Below are positions 9,171 through 22,276 of a DNA stretch of 64,000 nucleotides, one piece after another. The notes beneath the pieces were generated by a model. That model was not told where the DNA came from, did not search any database, and worked only from the letters and a program-made list of their open reading frames with translations. The position numbers were made by a program, and so were the translations under genes. This DNA is from an uncultured Actinomycetes bacterium (GTDB taxonomy: Bacteria > Actinomycetota > Acidimicrobiia > Acidimicrobiales > JACCXE01): positions 6,762-70,761 of the forward strand of contig CAVYNR010000007.1 in the NCBI GenBank assembly GCA_963769985.1, written 5' to 3'. How positions within the stretch are numbered: position 1 is the first letter of the stretch; each line of letters starts with the position of its first letter.

Positions 9171-10074
9171 GCACGTTGGGCTTGTCACCCGATGCCGCGG
9201 CCTTGGCCATCTCCTCGAGACGGGCGAGCATCGGCATCTTCTCCTGGCCGACGGTGCCGTCGATCCGCGCCTCGATCTCCTCGGGCGTCCAGCGGCCGTC
9301 GGTGTACATCGCGCGCAACCCGTTGGTTGGTTCCACACCGCAATCTTGCCGCCGACGGCCGTGTACACCTGGCCAGTGATGTGGCGCGACTTGTCGCCGA
9401 GCAGATACACCACGAGCGGCGCCACGTCTTCGGGCTCACCCATTTCCGCCAGCTCCATCGGCACGTTGGCCGCCATCCGCGTACCGCGCGATCGGCGCCA
9501 CACAGTTGGCGGTGACGCCGTACTTGTTGAGGCCGAGCGCCACGCTACGCGTCAACGACACGATGCCGCCCTTGGCCGCCGAGTAGTTCGCCTGCGCGAC
9601 GCTGCCCTGGAACGCGCCGGACGTGAACCCGATCAACGACCCGGAGTTCTGCTTGCGCATCACCGCGGCCGCGGCGCGGAAGACCGTGAACGTGCCCTTC
9701 AGGTGCGTCTCGACTACCGGGTCGAACTCTTCCTCGGACATGTTGAACAGCATCCGTTCGCGCAGGATGCCGGCCACGCACACCACGCCGTCGATCCGGC
9801 CCCACTCGTCGATACCGGCCTGCACGATGCGCTCCCCACCCGCCATCGTGGTGACGGATTCGGCGATCGCGATCGCCGAGCCGCCAATTTCGCCGATCTC
9901 CTTGACGACGGCGTCGGCGACTTCGCTGGTGGGGTCCTCGCCGGCCATGCCGACGCCGTAATCGGCCACGACCACCCGGGCACCCTCGGCCGCGCAGGCC
10001 AACGCAACCGCTCGACCGATTCCTCTACCGGCACCCGTGATCGCAACGACTTTGTCCTGCAAATAACCGCTCAA
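9127..10074 (-). CDS. SDR of the MFE-2/Hsd4A-like 3-hydroxyacyl-CoA dehydrogenase type, about 2 frameshifts
   Basis: ORF 9436..10074 (KVVAITGAGRGIGRAVAL...YSAAKGGIVSLTRS) continues out of frame as TRMAANVPMELAEMGEPEDVAPLVVYLLGDKSRHITGQVYTAVGGKIAVWNQP, then RAMYTDGRWTPEEIEARIDG (ORF 9127..9336). Confidence 0.7.
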
Positions 10075-10095
10075 CGGGTCCCCTCTGGTTGGAAA

Positions 10096-10112
10096 TCTGA
10101 CGCGACGTTAGC
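10096..10112. promoter_or_regulatory. palindromic operator candidate TCTGACgcgacGTTAGC (site 2 of 7, weakest)
   Basis: Lies in the divergent gap between the SDR operon (-) and fadD19-like (+). The right arm is degenerate. Confidence 0.35.
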
Positions 10113-10163
10113 AAAATGGTTTGAGCGTTTGCCGGTCGAAATGAAACGTGTTCTACTTGCCAT

Positions 10164-11780
10164 GTGGAGTACCACCTGGCCGATCTGTTCGAGTACGCGG
10201 TCGACAATTTCGGCGAGCGCGACTTCGTCATCTGCGACGGAAAACGCCGCACGTACACGCAAATGGAGGAGCGGGCGAACCGCCTCGCGCACCACTTGCA
10301 GGCGGCCGGCGTGAAGCCCGGCGACCACGTCGGCATCTACTCGCTCAACTCGGTCGAGTGGATCGAGATCATGTGGGCGGTCTTCAAGATCCGCGCCGTG
10401 TGGATCAACATCAACTTCCGCTACGTCGAGGAGGAACTGCGCTACCTGTTCACCAACGCCGATCTGGTCGCGCTCGTGCATCAGCGCCAGTACTCACCAC
10501 CGCGTCGAAGGGGTGCTCCCGCACCTGCCGGACTTGAAGCACATCGTCACGATCGACGACGGCAGCGACGTCGCTGCGCCCACCGGCGCGATCGACTACG
10601 AGGACGCGGTCGCCAGCGGCTCACCCGAGCGTGACTTCGGTCCCCGCTCACCCGACGACCACTACATCCTCTACACGGGCGGCACGACCGGTATGCCCAA
10701 AGGGGTCGTGTGGCGGCAAGAAGACGTGTTCTTCGCGCTCGGCGGCGGCCTCGACCTGCCCACCGGCAACCGCGTAGCCAGCCCCAAGGGCATGGTCGAG
10801 CGCGGCCTCGCCAACGGACCGATCACGATGCTGCCGATCGCGCCGCTCATGCACGGCGCGACGCAGTGGGGCCTGATGCAGGGCGCGTTCATCGGAAACA
10901 AGCTCGTGCTCGTGCCCGAGTTCGACCCCGCCGAGGTGTGGCGGCTCGTGGGCGAGGAGCAGGTGAACGTCGTGATGATCACCGGCGACGCGATGGGTCG
11001 TCCGCTGGTGGAGGAACTCGACAACGAGGATGCGAACTACGACCTGTCGTCGTTGATCGCGCTGTCGTCGACGGCGGCGGTGTTCTCGCCGAGCGGTGAA
11101 GGACCAGTTCTTCAAGCGCTTGCCGAACCTGATCATGACCGACTCGGTCGGTTCGTCCGAAGGCGGCGCCAACGGGCTGACCTACGTGTCGAAGGACAAC
11201 ACCGCGATGAAGGGCGGCCCGACAGTCACCCCGAACGAAGACACCGCGGTGTTCGACGACGACGGCAACCGCGTGCAGCCGGGCTCCGGCGTGATCGGCA
11301 AGATCGCGCGCAGCGGCCCCGTCCCCATCGGGTACTACAAGGATCCTGAAAAGACCGCCGAGACATTCATCCAACTCGAAGGGCGTCGCTGGTCGGTACC
11401 GGGCGACTTCGCACAAGTCGAAGCCGACGGCACGATCACGCTGCTCGGCCGCGGTTCGGTGTCGATCAACTCGGGCGGCGAGAAGATTCACCCCGAAGAG
11501 GTCGAGGCCGCGGTGAAGTCGCACCCCGACGTGTGGGACGCGGTAGTCGTCGGCGTGCCCGACGAGCGCTGGGGTCAACGCGTGGCGGCGGTCATCCAGG
11601 CTCGTGCAGGCGTGTCGTCCTGACCTCGAGTCGATTCAAGAGCACTGCCGACTGTCGATCGCCCGTTACAAGGTGCCGCGCGAACTGCACGTCGTGGACG
11701 AGATGGTGCGTTCACCCAGCGGCAAGCCCGACTACCGCTGGGCCCTCAATATCGCTACCTCTGCAACCGCAATTTCCTAG
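10164..11780 (+). CDS. fadD19: steroid-side-chain acyl-CoA synthetase (FadD19-like), about 3 frameshifts
   Basis: Fragments 10164..10634, 10513..11349 and 11096..11623, plus a tail DLESIQEHCRLSIARYKVPRELHVVDEMVRSPSGKPDYRWA ending at TAG 11778. Blocks NFRYVEEELRYLF, YTGGTTGMPKGVVWRQED, GRGSVSINSGGEKIHPEEVE match my recollection of Rv3515c. Confidence 0.75.
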
Positions 11781-11789
11781 GAGCCAACC

Positions 11790-12898
11790 GTGCATACCGA
11801 TCTCTGCGACATGTTCGGCATCGACCTGCCGATCTTCGCCTTCAGTCATTGCCGCGACGTCGTGGCCGCCGTCAGCAAGGCGGGCGGCCTCGGCGTGCTC
11901 GGCGCGCTCGCGTTCACCAACGAGCAGTTGGAGATGGAGCTCAACTGGATCGACGACAACATCGGCGGCAAGCCCTACGGCGTCGACGTCGTGATGCCGG
12001 CGACCTACGAAGGCGCCGGCAACCTCGATCCCGAGCACATGGAAGAACAGCTCGAGGCGATGATCCCGCAGCAGCACAAGGACTGGATCAACAAGGTTCT
12101 CGACGAGAACCACGTTCCGCCGATGCCGGCCGACGAAGAGGTGCACGGCCTCCTCGGTTGGACGCATGAAGGCGCCCGTCCGCAGGTCGACATCGCGCTG
12201 GCCCATCCGATCAAGCTGCTCGTCAACGCGCTCGGCCCGCCCCCAAAGACATCGTCGACCTCGCCCACGAGCACGGCGTGAAGGTGGCCGCGCTCATCGG
12301 CAGCGTGCAGCAGGCGCAGCGTCAGGTGAACCAGGGCGTCGACATCATCGTCGCCCAGGGCCACGAAGCGGGCGGCCACACCGGCGAGATCGCGTCGATG
12401 GTGTTGCTGCCCGAAGTGGTCGACGCGGTCGCGCCCGTCCCCGTGCTCGGCGCCGGTGGCATCGGCCGCGGTCGACAGATCGCGGCCGCGATGGCGCTCG
12501 GCGCGCAGGGCGTGTGGACGGGTTCGGTGTGGCTCACCACCGCGGAGAGCGACATGCAGCCGATGGTCGTGGAGAAGCTGTTGGCGGCGTCGTCGCGCGA
12601 CACGGTGCGGTCGCGTTGCATGACCGGCAAGCCGGCGCGTCAGCTGCGCACCGGCTGGACCGACGCGTGGGAAGCCGAAGACGCGCCGGGCTTCCTCCCG
12701 ATGCCGCTGCAGTACCTGGCGACGGCCGAAGCGCAGCGCCGCATCGGCCGGTCGGGCAACCGCGAGCTGACCGGCATTCCCGTCGGTCAGATCGTCGGCT
12801 CGATGAACGAGGTGCGTCCGGTGAAGGACGTCATCTTCGAGATGGTCGAAGAGTTCATCGACGCCAGCGAGCGCGTGGCCAAGCTCGGCCAGGAGTAA
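11790..12898 (+). CDS. nitronate monooxygenase-family flavin oxidoreductase (IpdC-like?), one frameshift near 12240
   Basis: ORFs 11790..12281 and 12278..12898 join as ...NALGPPPKDIVDLAHEHGVKVAALIG...AQGHEAGGHTG if one base is added at the C5/A3 run at 12240..12247. AGGAG lies 7 nt upstream of the GTG. Confidence 0.7.
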
Positions 12899-12908
12899 AC
12901 AAGTCGGC

Positions 12909-14892
<1,984 letters not shown>

Positions 14893-14923
14893 GACGGACT
14901 CCCTCGACGACGACCAGACATAC

Positions 14924-14937
14924 TAGAACCTGTTCTG
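14924..14937. promoter_or_regulatory. KstR-type operator TAGAACctGTTCTG
   Basis: Matches TnnAACnnGTTnnA except at the last base. Lies in the fadA5-like/cyp142-like divergent gap. Confidence 0.65.
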
Positions 14938-14971
14938 ATTCGCCGCGTTCGGCTAGCTAGGCTTCGGCGCC

Positions 14972-16171
14972 TTGAGCGCAAACCGCGTCGTCAATCACCC
15001 GACCCGCGACGACATCGACCTCGTCAGCGGCGCGTTCTGGGGGCGCAATCCCCACGAAGAGATGGCGTGGATGCGCGCCAACGCCCCGGTCTACTGGGAC
15101 GGGCGCACGTGGGGCATCACCCGCTACGCCGATCTGAAGCACGTGTCGAGCGATCCCGCGACGTTCTCCAACGCCGGCGGCATCCGGCCCGACTCCGGGA
15201 CCGATCGCGATGATGATCGACATGGACGACCCGGATCACCTCCGGCGTCGCAAGCTCGTCAACCGCGGCTACACCCCGCGCCGCGTGCGCGACCGCGAAG
15301 CCGAGGTGCGCGCGACGTGTGACGCGATCATCGACCGCATCGTCGGGCAGGACACGTGCGACTTCGTGTGGGACATCGCCGCGCCGCTGCCGCTCGCGAT
15401 GATCGCCAACGACCTCGGCATGGACGAGTCCGATCGTCCGCAGCTGCTCGGAGTGGAGCGACGCCATGATGCGCGCCCTCACCGGCGACCCCGATGTCGT
15501 CGAGAAGGCTGGCGAAGCGTTCGGCGGGTACATGGGCGTACGCGGCTGATGTCATCGCCGACCGCACGCGAGAACCCGCGCGACGACTTGATGAGCGTGC
15601 TGTGCCACGCCGAAGTCGACGGCGAACAGCCTCGACGACGAGCGATCATCCACGAGTCGCTGCTGATCCTCATCGGCGGCGACGAGACAACCCGCCACGT
15701 CATCTCGGGCGGCGCGTACCAACTTCTGGTCGATCGGTCGCGGTGGGACGGCTCCGCGCCGATCCGAGCCTGCTCGGCGACCGCCGTCGAAGAAATGCTG
15801 CGGTGGGTGTCGCCGATCAAGAACATGGCTCGCACCGCGACGCGCGACGTCGAACTCGGCGGTCAAACGATCGCCGAGGGCGACAAGCTGCTGTTGCTTT
15901 ACCCGTCGGCCAATCGCGACGAGGAGATGTTCACCAACCCGTTCGACTTCGACATCGCGCGCACGCCAAACGAGCACGTGGCGTTCGGCTTCGGCACGCA
16001 TTTCTGTCTCGGCAACAGCCTCGCCCGACTCGAGCTCCAGGTGATGTTCGAACAACTCTTCCGCGCCTGCCCAACCTCGAACTGGTCTCCAACGCCGAGC
16101 CCGACTACCGGCCCGCCAACTTCATCTCCGGCTACGAATCGTTGCCGGTTCGCCTCGGCGCCGTCGTCTAA
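14972..16171 (+). CDS. cyp142: cytochrome P450, CYP142-like steroid 26-monooxygenase, several frameshifts
   Basis: FSNAGGIRPD, MMIDMDDPDHLRRRKLVNRGYTPRRV, LLILIGGDETTRH, AVEEMLRWVSPIKNMARTA and heme loop FGFGTHFCLGNSLARLEL are spread over ORFs 14972.., 15210.. and 15494..16171. Putative TTG start. Confidence 0.75.
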
Positions 16172-16254
16172 TCACTCCTGACTAAGTCTTCGCCCAAACA
16201 TTTGTTCGGATTAGGTCTTGTTGGTGTCACACCCCCGGCGGTAAAATTACATCG

Positions 16255-17404
16255 ATGTCATTCGTCACGTGGGCCGCGGAACTGGAATCGGCTGAGGTGC
16301 CCTCAGACGCCGATGGGCTGGCCGAAGCAGTCGCCTGCCATGACCGCTACACCGCCAAGTCGGCGCTCGCTCTGGCGGGGTTCAAGGCGTCGGGTGATTG
16401 GGATCTCGACGGGTCAACGTCGATGGTCGCATGGTTACGCGACCGCGGCATGACACGGGCGAACGCGGCGGAGCTCGTGGGTTTGGCCGACAAACTTCGG
16501 CATCTTCCGGTAACCGCGGCGGCCTGGGTGACCGGTGCGTTGTCGGGCGGCCAGGTGCAGGTGATCGCGGCGCTCGTGATCGACCGCCACATCGACTTGT
16601 TCGCCTCCCGCGAATCCGACCTCGTGCCCTCGTTCGCTGGCTTGTCGGTGGCTGACACCGCGGTGGCGATGCGCACGTGGCGCGCCAAGGCCGACGCGCT
16701 CGACGAGGGTCCCGAACCTCGCGACCCGGGCTGCGAAGCTCGCCTGTCGCCCACCCTCGATGACCGTGGCGTGTTGACGGCGTCGTTAGACGCCGAAGGC
16801 CACGCCCTCGCAGCCGCCGCGTTACAACTCGCCGACTCGAACGACTTCGACGTGCCCGCGCCGCAGCGGCGCGGCCAAGCACTCAAAGACATCTTCCGTT
16901 GGTTCCTCGACCACCAACAGTCAAAGACCGGTGGTCGGCACCGCCCGCACCTCAACATCGTGATCAAGGGCGAAACCATCGGCACCGAACACGTCGAAGG
17001 CCACGACGCCGTCAGCGGCATGCGCCTCGACTCACGCACCCTGGAGCGATTGATTCCGCGACCAGCATTGCCGCTACCCCGGCTGTGATCGCCCCGCCAC
17101 CTGGTGCGACGCCCACCACGTCACATGGTGGCGCCACAACGGTCCAACCTCGATCAACAACCTCGTGCTGTTGTGCTCACGTCACCACCACGTGATCCAC
17201 AAACCCCGCTGGAAAGCCGAACTTCGATTAACCGGCGAGTTCATCGTCACCACGCCGTGGGGATTCGCGCGAAGTAGCTGGCCACCCGGTCACGCGCGAC
17301 AACCCGAACTCAACTGGCTCAACCAGCCCGCTGGGCTGCCCGACGCCGACCAAGACGTCACCGAACTCGTAAGCCAACACGTCCGCGCACTCGTCGACGC
17401 GTAG
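16255..17404 (+). CDS. DUF222 + HNH endonuclease protein (REP13E12-like), one frameshift near 17050
   Basis: ORF 16255..17088 is the DUF222-type N-terminus. The C-terminus [43 protein letters not shown] lies in ORFs 16899.. and 17165..17404. Confidence 0.75.
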
Positions 17405-17596
17405 TCAATCTTCGATGGTGATGGCCTGCTTCGGGCAGACCTGCATCGCCTTCATGGCCTTCTCGCGTAGCTCCTCGGGCGGGTTCTCCTGGAGCACGTA
17501 GAGAAAGTCGTCGTCGCGAACTTCGAAGATCTCCGGCGCCTCGGCCATGCACAGGGCGTTGCTCTCACATAGGTCGAAATCGACAACTACTCGCAT
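17405..17596 (-). CDS. small ferredoxin (3Fe-4S/4Fe-4S type)
   Basis: Intact 63 aa, MRVVVDFDLCESNALCMAEAP...VCPKQAITIED, with the Cys pattern of actinobacterial P450 redox partners. Confidence 0.8.
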   Translation of the reverse strand: MRVVVDFDLCESNALCMAEAPEIFEVRDDDFLYVLQENPPEELREKAMKAMQVCPKQAITIED

Positions 17597-17609
17597 GACC
17601 TGACCCTAC

Positions 17610-18360
17610 CTAGAGGCCGGTGAAGCTGCCGCCATCGCAGGCGATGGTTTGGCCGGTTACGAAACCGGCGGCGTCCGACGCGAGAAACGCCACTACGGAG
17701 CCGACGTCGGTTTCCGGATCTCCGAGCCGTCCGAGCGGCGTGCGGCCTTCGAGGCGGCCCCGCAGGTTCGGGTTGGTCTTGAATGCCGACTCGAGCGCGG
17801 GGGTGACGGCGACCGGCGCGATGCAGTTGACGGTGACGCCGCGCTCTCCCCATTCCCGAGCGAGACTCTTGGCGAAGCCGCGCTGCGCCGCCTTGACCGC
17901 CGCGTACAGCGGCAGGTTGGCGCTGCCCTCCACTCCGGCGGCCGAGCTGACCAGGATCAACCGTCCCTGCTCGCTGGCGCGCAACGCGTCCGACGCCGCC
18001 TGCGCGCAGTAGATCGACGCCCACATCGCCGAGCACGAACGCGCGGTCCCAGTCGTCGAGCGTCGCCTCCTCCAGTTGGTAAGGCGAGTTCCGTCCGCTG
18101 AACGCGTTGTGCACCATCACGTCGAGACCGCCGAACTCGTCGAGGGCCACCGCTACCGCGGCCGCAATGTCGGCGCGCACGGTTACGTCGGTCGGCACGC
18201 ATACCGCGCGCCCGCCCCGCTGGCGGATCTCCTGAGCGACCGGTTCGCCGTTTTCGGCCCGTCGGGCGGCCACGACGACACCGAAGCCGTCGGCCGCGAG
18301 CGCGAGGGCGATGCCGCGGCCGACGCCTTGGCCGGCGCCGGTCACGAGCGCGGCCGTCAC
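17610..18360 (-). CDS. short-chain dehydrogenase/reductase (catalytic), one frameshift near 18030
   Basis: VTAALVTGAGQGVGRGIALAL... (frame of ORF 17587..18690) joins ORF 17610..18026 (SSAAGVEGSANLPLYAAVKAAQ). The GTG at 18360 overlaps the upstream TGA (GTGA). Confidence 0.75.
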
Positions 18361-18890
18361 AGCGCGAGCTCGCTTCCGCCGTCTACCGGCAGCGTCGCCC
18401 CGGTCAGGTAGTGCGAAGCCGCGCTCGCCAGGAACACCGCGAGCGGGCCGATCGGACCCGGGTCGGGCTCGAGGGATGTCGCCAGACAGTTCACGGTGAC
18501 GCCGAGCGTGCGCCATTGCCGCGCCGCCGACAGCGCCATCACCCGCTTTGCCTCTATGGCTGCACAGGTGGCCGACAGCCCCTTCGCGCCGAGCGACGCG
18601 ATCGACGGCGTCACGATGATCATGCGTGACGCGCCGCCGGCGCGCGCGCCTTGCATGAGCGTGAGGGCATCGACCACCGGCCGGTCCCACGCGGCGGCGA
18701 TCGCGGCGTCGTCGAACGCTTCAACGGGACGCTCGACCGACGCGATGTCGGCGATCACGAGCACGTCGACGCGATCCAGGGAGTCCGTCAGCGTTGCGCC
18801 GGCGGCAACCAACGCGTCGGCGATGCCGCGGGCTAACCGCTGGTCGGTTCCGGTCACGTATGCGAGTTGCTGGTCGAGGACGTCGGCCAC
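18357..18890 (-). CDS. truncated SDR-like protein lacking canonical cofactor and catalytic motifs
   Basis: 177 codons from GTG 18890: VADVLDQQLAYVTGTDQRLARGIADALVAAGA...TPSIASLGAKGLSATCAAIEAKRV...TGATLPVDGGSELAL. The Gly-rich motif is degenerate, and the YxxxK position reads C-A-A-I-E. Confidence 0.6.
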   Translation of the reverse strand: MADVLDQQLAYVTGTDQRLARGIADALVAAGATLTDSLDRVDVLVIADIASVERPVEAFDDAAIAAAWDRPVVDALTLMQGARAGGASRMIIVTPSIASLGAKGLSATCAAIEAKRVMALSAARQWRTLGVTVNCLATSLEPDPGPIGPLAVFLASAASHYLTGATLPVDGGSELAL

Positions 18891-18907
18891 GCCGTAGTTT
18901 GACGCGC

Positions 18908-19837
18908 ATGGCGGTGCCCGAGTCGTTTCGTGAGTTGGCGGCGTCGGTGAACAACTGGGGCCGGTGGGGCCGACGACGACGAGATCGGCACGCTCAACCT
19001 CATCACGCCCGAGGTGATCGCGCGCGCCGCCGGATGCGTGAAGACGGGCCGGGCGTTCTCGCTCGCCATTCCGCTGTCGGAGGACGGTCCGCAACTCGGC
19101 TTCGTGAAGGGCCGCGTCAACCCGAGCCGCACGATGATCATGATCAACGAACCGGCGTTCGGCGACGCCACAATGTTCTCCTCGAGCGACGACGTGGTGA
19201 CGATGGGCCTGCAGGCGGCCACGCACTGGGACTCGCTCGCCCACGTGACCTACGACGGTCGGCTCTACAACGGCGTGCACCCGTCGACGATCACCGAGGC
19301 CGGCGCGGCGAAGAACAGCATCGACAAGATCGCCACCCTCGTGAGCCGCGGCGTGCTGCTCGACGTGGCGCACGCGAAAGACGTGCACCGGCTTGAGCCT
19401 GGTTACTCGATCACGGGCGAGGACCTCGACGCCGCCGAAGCGCTGACCAACACGACCGTGACCAGCGGCGACATCGTGCTCGTGCGCACCGGCCAGATGC
19501 AGTTGCTACACGCCGGCGAGAAACTGCAGTACGCCCACCCGAGCCCGGGACCGTCGATCCACTCCGTGCGACTGGTTCCGCGAGCGACGACGTGGCCGCA
19601 GTGGCGACCGATACGTTCGTGTTCGAGGCGTTCCCCGGCGACAACCCCGACTTCCTGTTGCCCGTCCACCTCCTGCATCTCGTGGAGATGGGTCTCACCC
19701 AGGGGCAGAACTTCGACCTGGAAGAACTGTCGCAGGACTGCGCGACCGACGGCGTCTACGAGTTCCTGCTCGACGCGTCGCCTCAGCCCTTCGTCGGCGG
19801 CCTCGGGTCGCCCGTCAACCCTGTCGCGGTGAAATAG
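18908..19837 (+). CDS. cyclase-family (kynurenine formamidase-like) protein, 2 frameshifts
   Basis: MAVPESFRELAASVNNWGRWG, then ORF 19014..19832 (DSLAHVTYDGRLYNG), then ORF 19592..19837 (VAAVATDTFVFEAFPGD...LLHLVEMGLTQGQNF). Confidence 0.7.
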
Positions 19838-19848
19838 AACCTGTTACA
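19835..19848. promoter_or_regulatory. KstR-type operator TAGAACctGTTACA
   Basis: Perfect fit to TnnAACnnGTTnnA. Lies 9 nt upstream of the LLM start and overlaps the cyclase stop codon. Confidence 0.7.
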
Positions 19849-19856
19849 GTTTTGGC

Positions 19857-20986
19857 ATGGAATTCGGGATCTTCAACAGCCTGTATTTGCCGCCGCAACT
19901 GAAGGACGCGGACCCCGTCAACGCCGAGCACAACCGGCTGATGGACGAGATCGAGTGGGTCAAGGCGGCTGATCGTTCGGGCTTCAAGTACACGTGGGCG
20001 ACCGAGCACCACTTCCTCACCGAGTACTCGCACCTGTCGTCGAACGAGGCGTTCCTCGCCTACGTCGCCGGTGTCACCAACCGCATCCACATCGGCTGCG
20101 GGCATCTTCAACATCACCCCGCCGGTTATCGCCTCCGGCGCGCGTGGCCGAGAAGGTGGCGATGCTCGACCACCTCAGCGAAGGTCGCTTCGAGTTCGGC
20201 ATGGGCCGCGGTTCGAGCTCCACCGAACAGAAAGGATTCGGCATCGAGGACCCGGAGTTGACCCGCGAGATGTTCGACGAGGTCATCCCCGAGTTCAAGA
20301 AGATGTGGCGCGACGAGATGTACTCGTTCGACGGCAAGTACTTCTCGATGCCCGAGCGCAACGTGTTGCCCAAGCCCTACACGAAGCCCCACCCGCCGAT
20401 GTGGGTGGCCGCCGGCAGCCCGTCGACCTTCGAGAAAGCGGCGCAGATGGGCCTCGGTGTCCTGTGCTTCACCACCGGCTCACCCAAGACGCTCGCCCCA
20501 CTCATCGAGACCTACAAGCGTGAGATCAAGAACGCCGAGCCGGTCGGCGAGTACGTCAACAACAACGTGATGGTCACGAGCCAGATGCTCTGCCTGGAGG
20601 ACGGGCAGAAGGCGCGCGACATCGCGACCAACATGACCTCCGGCTATCACACGAGCCTCGTGTTCCGGTACCTCGACACGTTCCCGCGTCCGCCGGGCAT
20701 CCCCGAGTGGCCGGCGCTGATTCCCGATCAGACCGCCGAGCAGATCGACGAGCAGATCAAGCGCGGCCTGACCACGATCGGCACGCCCGACGAGTGCGCC
20801 AAGTGCGTGCAGAACTACGCGGACATCGGCGCCGACCAGATCACCTTCGGCATGCTGTCATCCACGATGCCGATCGAGATCGCGGTCGAAGCCGTCGAGA
20901 CGTTCGGCAAGTACGTCATCCCGCAGTTCGACAAGGACCCGATGCACTCCACCCAGCGCCAACGGGAAGAGCAGCTAGGCCGTTAG
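19857..20986 (+). CDS. luciferase-like monooxygenase (LLM) family oxidoreductase, frameshifts near 20095-20150
   Basis: MEFGIFNSLYLPP...WATEHHFLTEYSHLSSNEAFLAYVAG (ORF 19857..) joins ORF 19994..20986 (MLDHLSEGRFEFGMGRGSS...). Confidence 0.75.
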
Positions 20987-21542
20987 GGGTTACAGATCGG
21001 CAGGGCGACAAGCGACGTTGTCGCGGCGTTGACCTTCTTCAGGCCTTTGCGGCCGGCGACGGCTTGGCAGTCGGTGCGGTGGTACAGCGTGCCCTTGGCC
21101 GTGGCCACGTAGGTCTGCGAGGGGACGAGTTCGGCTACGAGTGACGACGTGTCGGCGCCGCCGGCACAGCAACTCCTCGATGCGTTCGAGCACGACGCGT
21201 GTCTCGGCGGTGTCGCGACGCGTCGCGCGCACGAGCTGCGTCATCCAGTAGGCGAAGTAGGCGAACCCGCCGCTGAACACGAGGCCGAGCCCGAGCATGC
21301 CGCCGCTGATCGAATACGGGATCTGCTCGTACACGTTGGGCGTGTGCGACGCGCCCCACCATCCGAGGAAGATGAAGACCAGGCCGAGCGGCGCGGCGAT
21401 CGAGCCGATGAACAGCAGGACGCGGGCGGCGTCGGTGGCGCTGCGTGCGCGTGCGCAGCGACGAGATGGCACGCGTCAGCCGGCGTTGACGGCTGGTGCT
21501 GTCGTCGGCGTCGAAACCGATATCGGAGGTGGCGGTCGTCAT
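20983..21542 (-). CDS. small membrane protein with C-terminal Cys/His motif domain, 2 frameshifts
   Basis: ATG 21542 with AAGGAG upstream: [19 protein letters not shown].... Two TM segments ([42 protein letters not shown]). Tail in another frame: [43 protein letters not shown], stop 20983. Confidence 0.5.
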
Positions 21543-21565
21543 CGAAACTCCTTGTGGCAGGCCAG

Positions 21566-22263
<698 letters not shown>

Positions 22264-22276
22264 ACGCCGGGCGCGG

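Noticed and set aside
8394-9503. 369-aa ORF suggesting an SDR with a long N-terminal extension
   Set aside because: It is a chimera. Its first about 110 residues are the frameshifted C-terminus of the upstream Hsd4A-like SDR. The true start is the GTG at 9170.
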